Part shown: in pieces, positions 39,113 through 52,461 of the stretch
Position numbering within the stretch: the first letter of the stretch is position 1
Layout of the letters: every line of letters starts with the position of its first letter
NCBI GenBank assembly: GCA_002633005.1
Contig: NMRA01000150.1
Location: 97,147 to 161,146, forward strand
From: Phoronis australis
Taxonomy: Eukaryota > Animalia > Phoronida
Direction of reading: 5' to 3'
Length of the DNA stretch: 64,000 nucleotides
Notes under the pieces: model-generated
Seen by the model: only the letters and a program-made list of their open reading frames with translations
Told to the model about the DNA's origin: nothing
Database searches by the model: none
Translations under genes and position numbers: made by a program

Positions 39113-41179
39113 TTAACCACCTTGCAAATGGTCACTTGACTTAAAAGAAGTGTGCTACCAAGTCACACTTCTTTTTAATTCTTAATATCAGCTTGTAGTT
39201 TCCCGAACTCCTAAATTTGGAAGGCATTTTGGCTCTCTGTTGGTCTTGGGTATGATTTTTGAAAGCAAATATCAGTAGATTTTGGACCCCTTTGGGATTG
39301 CTTTGGAGTGTTGTCATCCAGGTCTCAAGAAGTGCCACTCTAGACCTTGTGGTAATCTTCTGGCAAGCCTACTTTTTCTCCTGTAAGTTGAATGTCAATT
39401 GAAAAATGCCAGTTGTCTAGTGACATTAGATGTCATATGTTTAGGACCAAGGATTTCATTCAAGTAGTTCTGCTGGAAGCAGTGATGGATTTTACTGAGG
39501 CATAGCATCAGTATTCACTGGTTGAGTGATTTCATTGTCAACTTCTACTTGTACACTTTTTGCGTATTTGGTATGTTTTTGACGTCATAGTGCTACACTG
39601 TAGTGCTGTATTGCTCTGTCTTTTGCATACTTTGCTGTTATGTTGACAAGCTATTCCCCATCATTATTACTGGTAAAACTGAATAGGGACATTCGTCGTA
39701 GAGCAGTCGTCGTCAGCGATCTGCTCGAAAGAGCAACTGTCCTATTAAAAATTGCAATGTAGGGCATAGTCAGCTTAGAATTTTTTTTGGATCTGGTAAA
39801 TATGAAAATCCCTTGGAATGGCAATAAAATGCAACTTTTGTGATGGCTGATATGTGTTTTACTTGATAGTTTTTACAAATATTAGTATGGTAAGAATAAA
39901 AAGTTTGGCAGGAATACGATACTTTCTTAAACGCTATTTTCCAGGGAGAAACCTATTTGCAAGAACATCAAGGCTGTTAAAGGAGAATGCCACCCAAAAA
40001 AACAACCTATATTGTATCAAATTAGATCGAATAGTTCCACCGGATAACAGCAAGTTCAGTTGTTTTACCTGACTCCTAACGGCAGACGGAGGTGGCCAAA
40101 TTAACCAATGACGTAACCAGTTTAAACGCAGTCTGTTCAGCGGTTCACAACACGCTTACTGGTGTCAACTTATCGCTTGAATTCATCGTTTTACACCAAT
40201 AAATCGTCAAAATTTGATGTGAACACCTTGCAAATATATCGAGCTCTAAATAAACGTGTTGTTTCATTTCACTGTTACGGATTTATAGGTATTTGAACAT
40301 ACCGTAGCCTACAGAGTTCGGTAGGCCAATTTACCGTTGTCGATCATGGAAGTTTGGGTCTGTTTGGTGATAATTTGAATCATTCTTCCGTGAAATACAG
40401 ATGAGGGAACATAGCTGTGTGTTGTACATTTAGACTTTTTTGCGATTTTTTTTCAGTTCTAAACACAAAACGCTTGTTACTCACCACCAGTTGCTCGGAA
40501 CCCGATTAGGCCCATCGCGGCCGCCGGGACTGGACATCATGATCATAAACCAACTAAAGTTGGAAACTAAACCACCAGTCACGAAAAGACTATAATAGTG
40601 AGCCAAAGAAATAATGTTCACGTAATTATTTAGGTGAATTAGCCACGAAACTGAAAATCTACTTACTTGTCGGTTCCCCTCCCTCAGAACCGTCAGGGTA
40701 AAGGTTGTACAGTAACAATAATTTGAATAATGTATTTGTATATCTAAATAAAGATTCCCCTAACATGTGACCATAGGATATAAAATCGAGTTATTGTTTC
40801 ACAACAGCTTTCTGTCAGCAAACACTGAATTAGCATGGGCTCACACGGCCTCGGTGCCCGGTCAATTACCTTTATTGCATCTAAAGGTGGTAACGCATTG
40901 GTTTAGCCATTGCGAGCTTATCAAAATATTTACACTCACGAATACTCTTAAAGGCATTACAAATTGTTTCTAATGAGACGGACTTTGTTTCAGTTTTATG
41001 TAAGCATTGGTTGGGGTGAGAATAATTCATTTTGAAACGAAACGCAGAAAAATAAACGTCTACATGGCAACTCGCCCGGCGCCAGTCCCGACTTAGTTGA
41101 GAGCTCATCCGATGAAGACTTCACGGGTCGGATCGTGAGGTTTCGCAGGCTATCAGTTTGATCCAGAATACACTGATGA

Positions 41180-41449
41180 AGAAATACTAGAGAGGCACCG
41201 TGAACATGCACAGGCAATAACGTTCTTCGGTAAGCCGGAATTCGTCAGGGATCTCACTGTCGACGAAATGCCAGCCACAGACACGGAGATGTTTCACGGC
41301 CTCCTACTTGCTATTAACGGCATACTTTTCATTCTTTACTACCTCGAGCTACTTACTAAGCCTTTCGGACTCTCGAGGAAGTCGAATAATTGATATACCC
41401 GCTTTCTCGCTTCATAGTTCGGACAAGCGGGAACGATGCATCGTAATAT
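41180..41449 (-). pseudogene. Decayed THAP-domain ORF, probably transposon-derived
   Basis: ILRCIVPACPNY (frameshift) GISIIRLPRESERLSK*LEVV...HLRVCGWHFVDS fits the C2CH THAP pattern with P, W (now TAG) and HF. Confidence 0.7.
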
Positions 41450-42141
41450 AGATGTGTTCACTCTGCAGATGAACCACTGACATCGCTGCGTCGTTTCTCA
41501 CCTTCCTCACAGGTTAGCGCGACACCTCTCGTTTCAGACGATGTGGATATAGACCGATTAAGATGGTAAAAAAGACTAATTAAATCGGATGACATTCTCC
41601 TTTTTTGCCTTGCTTCCTTCTGAAATTCTCTCTCTTGGCTAGAAATTTATCCTTGAATAATTGAAAATTCCATTCATTTTTAACTGGCTCATTTTCTGTG
41701 CCTCTGAGAGATCTATTTGCAAAAGTTTGATTGATGCCTTCATCTAAAATAAATGTTGTTAAAACTAGTATACTCTTCCTCAAGTTATCTAACTGTTGCA
41801 TGAAACAATGCTGTGTGGCAATTAAATTTGCAGCGTGATTGTATGCATCCACGTTGAAAGCCATCTGTTTTCTAATTTTTGCTTCCATCGATTCTTCACT
41901 ATTTTTTCACAAGTTTGCTCACAGAAGTCATCACACTTGTTTAGTCGCCTTCAGTATTTTATTACAAGCGCACTGAAATTCTGAGCAAATGTTGCTTTGG
42001 CGAGATTGTCACCATCTCTAGAATTATGTCACTCCACAGCACTGAAAGATAACACAAAAGACATGTGCATGTGTCACAAGTGGTTTGTTTTGAAATCGGC
42101 CACTGCCTTTCTTTTTTTCAAAAACAGGAGTGAAGCAAGTA

Positions 42142-45100
42142 CCGTATTCGCCCTTATATCTGCCCATGCCCCTATAAGCGCCCCCCCCACGCGTTTTCCG
42201 ACTTTGCTAAAATAAGCGCCCAGTCCGTGAACGTGTAGGTGCAAAAAATGCCTTACCTACAGTCCTAAAATTCTACAGTAACGTCTTCAAATTATCAATA
42301 ATATCTGACAGTCCTGAAAAAATCATTGTGCACAGAATTTATGGACCACGAGCCTCGCCGATATGTCGGTATTTAGCTGTGACTATGCACTCAAAACGAA
42401 CACAAAAGTTTGCTGATCTTGCGAGGAATGTGTCCCACGATGGTCTGACCTTTCAGAGCAGACGTTGGTGTCAGCGGGATTGTATTGTAGATATTCCCCC
42501 CCCTCAACAGAAATCCAAATTTCTTTGAACACGTGAAAATCGCGAATCAAAGACTAACAAAAAAAAAAACATTGGCCATTGTTAAAACCACCTGGCAGGA
42601 AGCGAGCGCTACATACATGTACCTGTCATCAAAGACATTAATCCGGAACTATCCATTTATGAAATGGGTGTAGCATAGCATCGGCATGAAATGAATATTG
42701 GCACTAATTTCCGACAGTTTCTCATACTATATAAGATGTTTGCATTATTTTTAACAGGGCAAGGCTTGGAATTTTCCGCGGAAACGCGGATTTCCGCTTT
42801 TTTCTTTTAGCCCCTCCGCGTATTTTCGTTATACTTCTGCGGAAAAATCAGATTTGTCATAAAACTATCGCGGCAAATTGGTTTCTCACCGCGGCATTGC
42901 CCCGCGACGGCTCGAAAAGCGGAAACTGCTCTTTATGTTTCGGAGGAACGAAAATTGTAATTGCGGATCACAGGCGCTTGAATTTCTCGATGACTCGTAA
43001 CCATATACAAGAAACATGCTTTTTTAGTAGTGAGTGACATCAGAGGCTATCGAGGAACAGGTAAATTCAAGCACCTGTGCCTGGGATGAGCGTGGTTCAT
43101 CAATGGCGTCTGCATTTGGTATAAAATTGCGGCGACAAATAGTGCGATTCTGCTGTCAAAAATGCGTGGAACGTGGAGTAGTCAGAGTATTTCGTGGAAA
43201 AGTGGATAAAAGAAACGGTCAATGTCTTCTAAAACAACATAAGTCAAGGTTTGTGCTCTGTAAATTTTGAGAGAGGAACAATTACGGAGTGCGTGGGCGA
43301 GTCGCCTCGGACTAAGTTGGAAGTCGGAGGATCGACTGAAAACGATGAAACACCAGAAATAACAACGCTCCCTGAAAGAAATTCAACCGTAACCGGTTAT
43401 TCGCTGGATTGAAATCGTGGGATGTGAGTGATGTATGAAATTCTTTTGTTTGATCCCACATGCACGCCCGTTACCGTTGGCTGCTTAGCTCTAAGTAAGG
43501 CCTGACCGTTTTGAGTGCAATTTTCTACGTGCCGCCGAAACGGGATACAAAGGGCTATTTTCGTTACTGCAAATGCGTTTTAAATTGCCTTTTATGTATT
43601 TCAATTTATCTTGACATTTTTCGTGTTCTATTTTGTGATGCGAGTTTTGCAATTTTAGAGAAGTGATCACGTGACAGATTCTGAATGATCTGATTGGTCT
43701 AAGCCATTGTTTACAAATTCTGCCTGACTATTTTCAGTATCCTGATAGAACTTTACTTCTTATGTCGCATAGTTTTTTCTACACCAGCCTGACTTATAAA
43801 CAATTAACTCCTGTAATTACTGTTTGAAACTGAAAAGTTTGGCCAACTTAGGATTGTGATTGATGCATTCTATGAAGTATGTTGTTTTTTACTTTAATTT
43901 TTCCATGCTAACAGTTGGGGGTATGAGCCACAGGTTTTCGTCTTGACTTTTTTCCATTTGCATTGGAATTAAAATTTTTGTTGGAATTAAATGTGTATGT
44001 ATTTTAGGCTTTCTAGGTAATCTATGCATCAATTTTCAATTTTTTTTTGTATTTCTGTATCGTAATCATAAGAATTGAAAATAATTTTAAAGGTCTCCCT
44101 CAGTGCAGCAAATCAAGAATAGGTTTCTGCCACTCAGACTGCAAATTTTTCATCATTATCGCTATTTTAATTTTAAAAAATATTTTTTGTTGCATGTAAA
44201 TGCCTTCATTGTTGTTGCTGAAATAGATATTAGGTACTGCTTAAGATGAGTGCGTTTTGCCGACATGACACAGTAACTTTCGTTCTGTTGAGGTATGGTT
44301 TAGATTGAAATGTGTATTTAGGACCGTAAAAATTTCTTCTTTTTTGTCATGGGTCATTCCAAGCCCTGACGGGTTGTTTGATTAATCATAATTGGTGTTT
44401 TTAAGCCAAATATCCAATAAAATAACAACTGACAGTGAATGCTTACACACCCTTTAACCAAAAAATAATTGTCAGATAGTCACGTACACATCCAGCCACA
44501 CGGTGACTAATCTGGGCCTTACTGAGACAAATAATGTCGGAACGTTTTTAGCACGAGACCGGCAAGTACTTAATGAAACACATTCTGCTTTAGGCTTGTG
44601 CTAATTTCTTTAGATACAGTGCACATCTAGATTGCGTTTACTCTGGCAAATGATCTCTGGTGACACGCACGCGCTCTCTTACTCACACACGCAAACGAAA
44701 TTCAAAACATATATCATGTGACAACAACTTATGTGTTCGTCCAGAGATTTTTCTCATGTTGCCGATCCTCCATGACACAATGTAGCACAGATTTGTACTT
44801 AACCTGCCGTTAATCCCTACTCTACAGGAACTTAAAAATCTTAGGGACGCTATTTGGAAAACTTAAGGAGAATTTCAGGTAATTTGCTTGAGTCGAAACC
44901 GTATTTTTATTCAAGCGTTAAAGTCGCCTTATCAACGATTGCGAGGCAGTCAGTTGGCGAGTTTTCGCACTGGGATTTCAGCACAAATTTCTGTAAAGTG
45001 ATCGTAATATAACAGCAAAGTTTGATAGCAATGCACCACAATTTTGTAGAGAGTCTGTCATAGGTTACAGATATGTCACAGAGCGTAAATATGATGAATC

Positions 45101-45216
45101 TTATCTTCCGATTTCACCCGTTTTGGAAACCTGGTTTCAGCTGCCTTGGGTTACAATAAGTGCCCCCCTTGAAACGACTTTCTAAGCACCCTGGGCGGTT
45201 ATTGGGGCAAATACGG
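42142..45216 (-). mobile_element. Complete CCGTA-ended Tc1/pogo-like element with a decayed HIRAN-like ORF (42273-42553) and a nested hAT6-like insert
   Basis: ta|CCGTATTCGCCC ... GGGCAAATACGG|ta. Minus strand reads SLIRDFHVFKEIW...LKGQTIVGHIPRKISKL...VTAKYRH. Confidence 0.8.
42760..44368. mobile_element. hAT6-like non-autonomous element, family A (long copy)
   Basis: Termini caaggcttggaat / attccaagccctg; the left arm matches the 56440 copy; TSD degenerate. Confidence 0.75.
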
Positions 45217-45558
45217 TAAATGACATTCATTAGATTGTATTTTTTAATGACTGAATCATTTGAATGTTGGGTGTTAAAAAATTTTCATTTTGTTCTTGCG
45301 TGATGCAATTTGATTTAATCTTCACTGTGAGAAAACCACAGAGATATGGCAAACTGAAAAGGCGAGTTTCGCTTATTTTGCCATTTTTTTACCCACATCA
45401 GTTCTTAACTGTGTCTTGACATTCAATCATACTGTCAGCTAGCTGGCTAGTTGAGTGAGGTGCAAAGTTGCAAAAAATAGTGTTCAATGGAAAGTTTGTT
45501 GTTGCACATCACTAGATACTATGCCTGAGAGTGACTGGTCAATTCTGTGCTTGTATAG

Positions 45559-45671
45559 GTCACCCATCCTGCCTCAAGTTCTCACCAGAGTTGACTGAGG
45601 TGGTCAAGACTCTACGCTGGCAGTGTATCGAGTGTAAGAGGTGTTCCTTTTGCCTGAAATCTGGCAAAGAG
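45559..45671 (+). CDS. KAT6: KAT6 exon: PHD1 C-half and start of PHD2
   Basis: tatag acceptor; (G)HPSCLKFSPELTEVVKTLRWQCIECKRCSFCLKSGKE; GAG|gtgagt donor. Confidence 0.96.
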
Positions 45672-45896
45672 GTGAGTAGGTCTGCATTGTTGCACATATG
45701 CAAATTGCATCATACATTCATCATGTTAGCAATTAGTATTGTTCGGTAGTAGGCCTTTATTAACACAAACTTTGTTGAAAACACAACTAAACTAAACTTT
45801 TTGCTTGAAAGCATTGACTGTCTGGTTGCCTTTGTTATGGTCATTTGGATAGATTGTTGGTTTGCTTATTGTGCACATACCAAATGATTGTTACAG

Positions 45897-45978
45897 GACA
45901 ACATGCTTTTCTGTGATTCATGTGACCGAGGGTTTCATATGCAATGCTGTATACCACCCCTGTCCAAGGCTCCTAAAG
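45897..45978 (+). CDS. KAT6: KAT6 exon: PHD2
   Basis: ttacag acceptor; [27 protein letters not shown](G); G|gtttgt donor. Confidence 0.96.
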
Positions 45979-46602
45979 GTTTGTTTTTTGCTCTAATGGT
46001 CATTCACATTAACTATTTATTTGAGCACCTGGAAATTGTCAATTGTCCACTTCTATTTCTGCATCAGATGCTGTAATGTGTTATTTGCACAATGACCTGG
46101 TTAAAAATGGATTTGCTCTCTAATCTCTTGTGATGTGGCTGGTGTTGAAATCTTGACTGTTTAAGTTTTAGTTAATCTTGTACTCATTGCTTTTTGTGAA
46201 GTGAAGTGATGTGAATACAGAGGTCAATTATTTCCTAGTCTGCTCGTGTTCAGTGTTCTCCACAATAGAAAGTTCAAACTCCACGAGGCTTACAAAATTC
46301 ATACAAATGTTGAAAGTATGTGTCTACTCAATGTATGTTAAGACTGTGACTAAATGCATTGAACTGGTTCCAATAGTCCACTATGTCTTAATTTGCTTAA
46401 CAAATATCCGATTTCCCTGAAATTAAAACTGGTTGTATAGGTTTTAAGACTCAACTCCAATAATCTAAACTCCTCAATACGGAATTCAGTCGCATTCCTG
46501 CGACTAGTCCAAACAGGTTTTGTTGCATCAAATAAATGCATATCTGCATTTAAGCCTGGGATGTCTGTAAGTGGAAGCCTAAGATATAGTTTATATTAAC
46601 AG

Positions 46603-46732
46603 GAAAGTGGGATTGCAATATCTGTGACCAGACACGAGGTGGCAAGAGAGCCAAGCGATGGCTTGAAGAGCTGAAGGAACGACGGCTAGTGCAAAGGGCA
46701 AAGGTCAAGTCTCAAATGAAGGAGAAAGAGAA
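46603..46732 (+). CDS. KAT6: KAT6 exon: end of PHD2 plus basic segment
   Basis: taacag acceptor. (G)KWDCNICDQTRGGKRAKRWLEELKERRLVQRAKVKSQMKEKE completes the PHD W.C..C. AA|gtaagt donor, phase 2. Confidence 0.92.
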
Positions 46733-46852
46733 GTAAGTGGACCATCAGTAACTGTGAAATCACCAGTTTTGTTGCAGTGGATTTCTGTAAACTTGGTCTC
46801 TCACTTGAGTACTTGCTAATGAATGCATGTTGGGCAGGTTCCACACCATTTA

Positions 46853-48083
46853 CCGTACTCATCCATGTTACCGCCCAGGGCGCTTAAATTGAGAATCTAA
46901 AAAAATGGGGTGGGCAGTAAGCTGAGCATGGGCGGTTAAAATTGAAATTTTTGAAAAGTCTGGAGATGTTTACTACATGGAGGACTGATTTTACTGTCAC
47001 GGAGCTACACTGACGTCGGACTTCAAGCATATCAGTTAAAATATAGGTTGGGGGATTGAAGTAACGGACTTCAACGGCCTGCGCACACGATACAGTGGCG
47101 TCGTGATTCTGAGCGATTGGTTTTTACGTACAGGCAGATCAAACAAGACTTGGCTAGTTCGCGGTGTATTTTTAAAGGAAGCACTTGATTATGTAAAGAT
47201 TTGATTTCTGCTGGACACTTATGCAACTAAGCACGTGCTAGTTAGGCAACCAAACACATGCTAATGATTGACAGGTCTTCTTATTGAATACTTTGAACAG
47301 TTACATTGTATATTTCTTTTTGAGTTCAAATCCAACACCACTGTTTTTCAAAGCACGTTCTCAATAGTCTGACCATTCTACTATTAGGCAATGGGGGTAT
47401 TTGGTCAGCTGTCAAAATAATGAAGCAAAAACACATCTTGTAAAAGTCATCAGGCAAATCAAAAGTTCAAAAAAATTAGTTTTTGACCATGTGGAACGTG
47501 GACAGAATGTTCGACTTGCGCTAATGACAAGTTGATTTTTTGGGCTCTTGCTTTGGTTGGGCGCTTCCGTTATGTCAAGAATGAAAGTCATTAAATACAT
47601 GCGTTTAACCAAGACTGGAAGAACGACACGAGTTGGCTTGTCACAATGCTCAGGCTGGTTATATGTTTCGTGTACTGTCACGGGGAATCACAGAAAGGTT
47701 GGCCACGGGCATGATATCCCTGTCAAGTACTGCTTTGATGGTTCTTCTACAGCAAATGAAATACATTCGACAAGCGCTGTCTCAGTGATCAGTACATGCT
47801 GACACAAGTTCTGCGCGTGAGCCAAATTAAACAATTGTGTCTTCTTCAGTAAAGGGCATGAGAATTCGGGTATTTTACCGCCATAGTAAGGCAAGGTCCC
47901 GGTTCCGCTAAAACTGATCGATTGGCACAGAAAGGTAAGCGGGTTGCGCACGTTTTGGAATCTTTATTTTATTTTGTGCGGCGAATGTTCACAGAAACAC
48001 AGATACTTTTAAGGAAGTATCGATCATAAAAAATTGGGGATGGGCGGTAAGCCGAGCATGGGCCGTAACCTGGATGAGTATGG
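46853..48083. mobile_element. Tc1/pogo-like non-autonomous element (third CCGTA family)
   Basis: ta|CCGTACTCATCCATGTTAC ... GTAACCTGGATGAGTATGG|ta. Confidence 0.8.
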
Positions 48084-48199
48084 TAAGTGATATTGATTGC
48101 AGGCTGACAAGCGTTCCTACGTTTTTGGCGTGTTCCTACTTTTCCTTCAACACAACAAATACAACACAAAAAATCCATGTGTTATTAATAAGACACTTA

Positions 48200-49011
48200 G
48201 GGCTGATCCAGCAAAATCTGTATGGGAGGGGGGGAAGGCACTTTTATTTCGTACCCACCGCCCATATTTTTCATTTATTTCTCCAACCCATGACCCATAA
48301 TTTTTTAAATTATTTTTAATAGGTTAAAATGTAAAATCCATCACTTGCAAACAAATTGCCTCCAGGAGGACCTGTTGATTGACAGACAAGAACTAGTTGT
48401 CTTGTCCAATATTGTCAAAAACTAAAGTAGCCTGTGAGCAATACTTTTGGCAGCCACCAGGTGTCTCTGTTCACCATGTGTCCGTAATTTCAATGAACAT
48501 TTTTTCAATTATAAGGATCTATGAATCTCAAATTGTCTCCACGAACTCTTTTATACTTCTATGTCAAGTGAATATTGGAACTTGTTTATCTTACTCCTCA
48601 TACTTTCTATTTAAAAATCATCAATTTTCTTATATGTGTTAACACCAGTTTAGTGTTGCATAAGTTTTCAATTCAATAGGACTGCAGACAAACAGTTGGC
48701 TCAAATCAAGTTGCCCATGACTTGATTAATGACTTAGTGAACGTATTGCACTCTGTTCACTGGCAATATGTGCTTTTTAGTATTGGGATAAGTTAGGATA
48801 TATGCCAGTTGCATTTTTTTTTAGTTTTGATGCTGAAGTAACCAACCTGTCAACATTAACAGGCCAAAAAATGATACCCATTTTTAATGCTTCACTTCTT
48901 ACAGGAACGATCACCCATAATTTGATTTTTTTTCTGAATACCACCACCCATGAATTTTTATTTCTACTGCCGTCCCCCCCCCCTTCCACACGGATTTTAC
49001 TGGAACAGCCC
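48200..49011. mobile_element. MITE with TTA TSD (Harbinger/Zator-like)
   Basis: TIR GGGCTG(A/T)TCCAG(C/T)AAAATC; TTA on both flanks; empty site at about 58295. Confidence 0.8.
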
Positions 49012-49539
49012 TTATTAATTAATGACCAATAAAGCATTTATTTAAAGATGTATTTGCATGTGCTGAAGTATGCTAATGTATAGCAGGAACAAAACGACAA
49101 TGTTATGTGAACATCATCTACGCTTAACAAAGTGGAGTTGTATTCATTGACAACTTGTAAAATGACCTTTGGCTAATGACATAGCATGGAGGCTCACATA
49201 GCCTGCATCATGCACTGTTAGTCCCCTACACTACGTCACGATACTTAATTACTGGAAATGGTGGACTGATTTACGAAGGATCATTTTAGTTACAAACATA
49301 TTCTTAAAAACAATTTCCAAGGTACTTCATATTCGCATGGTCGCTATATGTTGTGTTTCTAATTAATTTGATCACACAATCACAGAGATAAGGAATTTGC
49401 GTGACAGTTCCACTTTTATGAACAACGAAAGTTCTTTTCCCAAAAGATAGTTTAGCAACCTTCGATACCATATCCACAACTTAGGACATTTAGAACTAGG
49501 GCTTTTGGACCCCGAGGGACAAAAATACCCTGTTGTAGG

Positions 49540-50590
49540 AGGGAAACTTGTTATAGAAGGATCTGAACAGAAAAGCGACTCAAGCTTCAAGAAACTACTC
49601 AAGGTGTATTTGTTAAAACAAGGGCTACTTGCCTTTCTCAGTGAGTATTGGTCAAGCAACTTCTACTGTCCACTTGTGTATGTAAGGAAAGTGTATTTGG
49701 GGGTGATGTGAGAGTGCACTTGGTACTTTGTTAGAGATGGAGAAGTATGCAGAGTCAGTTCTAGCTCTCAATTGTAATCGCTCGGAAGCTGACACCAGAG
49801 TCATCATTCACATGATTGAGGTAGACAAGTCCTCACCTGGTAACATCATCATAAGAGCTTCTAATGCCTACATTCTAGTGTTGCTCCTACATCATGTCCA
49901 TTGAGTTACACCAATGATGTGGATAGAGGCTGGGACTAGAGGACAAGGCGATCTGCGTTATTTAAACGTAACTAAGGTTGCTACTATGATAGACCAAGCT
50001 ATTTGCAATCCTAGGCTTACACGTGTTCACTGGATGCCTGAGCATTTTGTAAGGATCATGTGTTGTCGTGGTGAAAAGTGATCAGTTCCAGTCAGCATTT
50101 ACTTCATTGAGCTGCGATATCGCTGCAGAAGAAGTCATCAAAATCTTGCAGTACTCAACACGAACCAGTTCAATGTGGTCGACAAAACCTACAAATAAAA
50201 GTCAACGCTAAGCACCCAGTTGAGAAGCCTAAAAGCTTTGAGGGCAGCAGTATTCCACCGTGTGAAGCTGAACTAGTTCTTCACATGGATAGAGGTGCAT
50301 TTACTGGTAAACTATGTGGTTGCGCTCATCTCCAAGTATTGGACAAAACACCCACCAATGGATGGAAAAATGTTGACGAATTTCACATCATTTAGTTCAA
50401 TGGAGAGCAGATGCTCCTTTGAGCTCATTCCAAAGCCAGATGACAGTGGTGGCGATACTCAGAGATGATGGTATGGAGAGTGATGTAGACAAAGATGATG
50501 ATCCTATACCAAGAGAAATGGAATCATCTGATGAAGAGGGTGGTGATGATCACGACTTTGATGTTTGTTGTCAAGTTACAACAGAGTGAA
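49540..50590 (+). pseudogene. Academ (AcademX-type) transposase / XPG-like nuclease fragment
   Basis: CNRSEADTRVIIH...IIIRASNAYILVLLLHH...WIEAGTRG..LRY...LGLHVFTGC...IPPCEAELVLH..RG...GW, with stops and frameshifts. The element's right end is ...ccaaCTA|atg at 51555. Confidence 0.8.
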
Positions 50591-52059
50591 TAATTATCAT
50601 TGCATTTTGGATTTTGGTTTTATAGTATGAAACAATAGACTATGCCATGCATCACAATCCCATGTACTTTCATTTCTTGCCACTAGATATGCTTCAAGTT
50701 TTAATTTGTAGCCAGCTTATATAGTTACCCAAGATGTATCTTACCTTAATTTTTGTTTCATTTTTGTTGTTTTTGATAGTAAATTGGTCATGTCTTCAGA
50801 TGTGTTTTTTATTTGAAATAACATGATTTAGCCCTAATAGTCAAAATTGTCATATTTTCTCTTTTATGCAAATTTGTTTTTGGGGGTGTTGTTATCCCTT
50901 GTGGTCCAGACACCCCTGTATTTGCTAACTCCAGGAAAAATCCAGTCTTAATTTGTGGATGTGGTGTCCAGAGTTAGTTACTAAACTATCTTTTAGAAAA
51001 ATAAATGTTAATTGGCCTTTAGTTAATAAGTGTATTAATCAGTAATACAAGAATTTTTCACGTTATAAGTTGTATTTATGCATCATTCGAAATAATGTTT
51101 TATCCATAATAATAATCAAAAATTTTGTGTTTACTCTTTTATTATTTTGGATCTATCCTCTGGGGTCCAAACACCCCCGTCTTATCTCCATACCCCAGGA
51201 AAAATGTCATCTTACGTTTTGGATATGGTGTCCATCTTTTGGAAAATTTTTCTTGATGCACTTAAAAGTTTAAATAAATAGTTAATTGGTTGTTATTATT
51301 TGTAGACGCCTTAATTAATAACCCCAGGAATTTTCACGTCTTAACTTCTACCATTTTAATTTGGGTTTTGATTTGAATGACATAAACTTGAAACGGATGT
51401 TGCACTCAAAATTTTGGAACCCCCAGGGACCTAAGTCCAGGATTGTGCATCTTTAGATGCCCCTTTCCTTCTATGGTAGGTGATGTACAATACAATTATG
51501 CAGTCAAACCTTTTGCACTCAAAAGTGTGAATAATTCCTGCTGATTATCCAACTAATGGCAAGTACTACCTGTGACATGAGGTGAACATCGTTGGTAAAT
51601 ATCAATGAAAACTAACTTCTGAACACCTGCTCTTGTTCCTACTTTTTCCTACTTTGCACTTCATAGTTCCTATTTTTTGAAATTGTGTCATACTTTTTCC
51701 TTCTTTTTTGCCTAAAACTGCTTGAAAGCCTGTAATTGTAATTATTCGTTTATCTTTTTGAGTGGTAGTATTCAGATAATTTTCAATGCCAATCTGTAGT
51801 CAACCCCAATATTTTTGAATTCTTAATGATCCCAGTGTTGACCAACCAAAGCTTTTTTGATTAGAAGAGGTGGATTTCACAATGATCTTGTGTCCAATAC
51901 CGTAGTTAGGATTTCACAATGGTCTTGTGTCCAATAGTTCACTATATTATAGCTTCTGGTTTTTACTCATCTACTAAATACAGTTCACTAATTTAAGTAA
52001 CTCCTTGTTTTTGATTTTATCAGTGAATATTTGTGCTGAAAATATTTATTTGTTTTCAG

Positions 52060-52122
52060 GTGTTCCACTCCTGGTTGTGATGGCTCGGGTAATGTCAATG
52101 ACAAGTTATCGCATCACAGAAG
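52060..52122 (+). CDS. KAT6: KAT6 63-nt symmetric exon encoding most of a MYT1/HBO1-type C2HC zinc finger
   Basis: ttttcag acceptor and AG|gtatga donor, phase 2-2. (K)CSTPGCDGSGNVNDKLSHHR(R) continues as QTSCP in the next exon. Confidence 0.85.
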
Positions 52123-52461
52123 GTATGATTTCTAGGATATGGAAGTATGCCTTGCCATCAGTCTGGCATGATAATTTCTTTATGCATATGTTACCTGTTG
52201 AAATATTCCAATAGGTGAGATCTGATATATATGTCATGGGACTCGTATCGTAAGCATTTATCATTACTTGAAAGAGGCCTATACCAATTATGACTTCAGA
52301 ATAAACCATTAGTTTTTTTTACATGGAGATTGTTTATTCTCTTCTGTGCCATGCAAGTTATATAAATGTAATAAAATAAGTGACTGATATGGAACATGCT
52401 ACTTCAGGAAACTAAGCTCACTTGTTGAAGGTCATTCATAACAACCCAATGTGTGTTTCAG

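Larger units (their letters stand above)
48100..51732. mobile_element. hAT6-like family B composite element, copy 1 (carries an Academ derivative)
   Basis: caggctgacaagc / gcttgaaagcctg termini; 6-bp TSD TGATTG/TAATTG; ttcctacttt subterminal repeats. Confidence 0.75.

Noticed and set aside
41580-41888. 102-aa minus-strand ORF
   Set aside because: No recognisable domain or splice context; possibly a TE remnant but unsupported.
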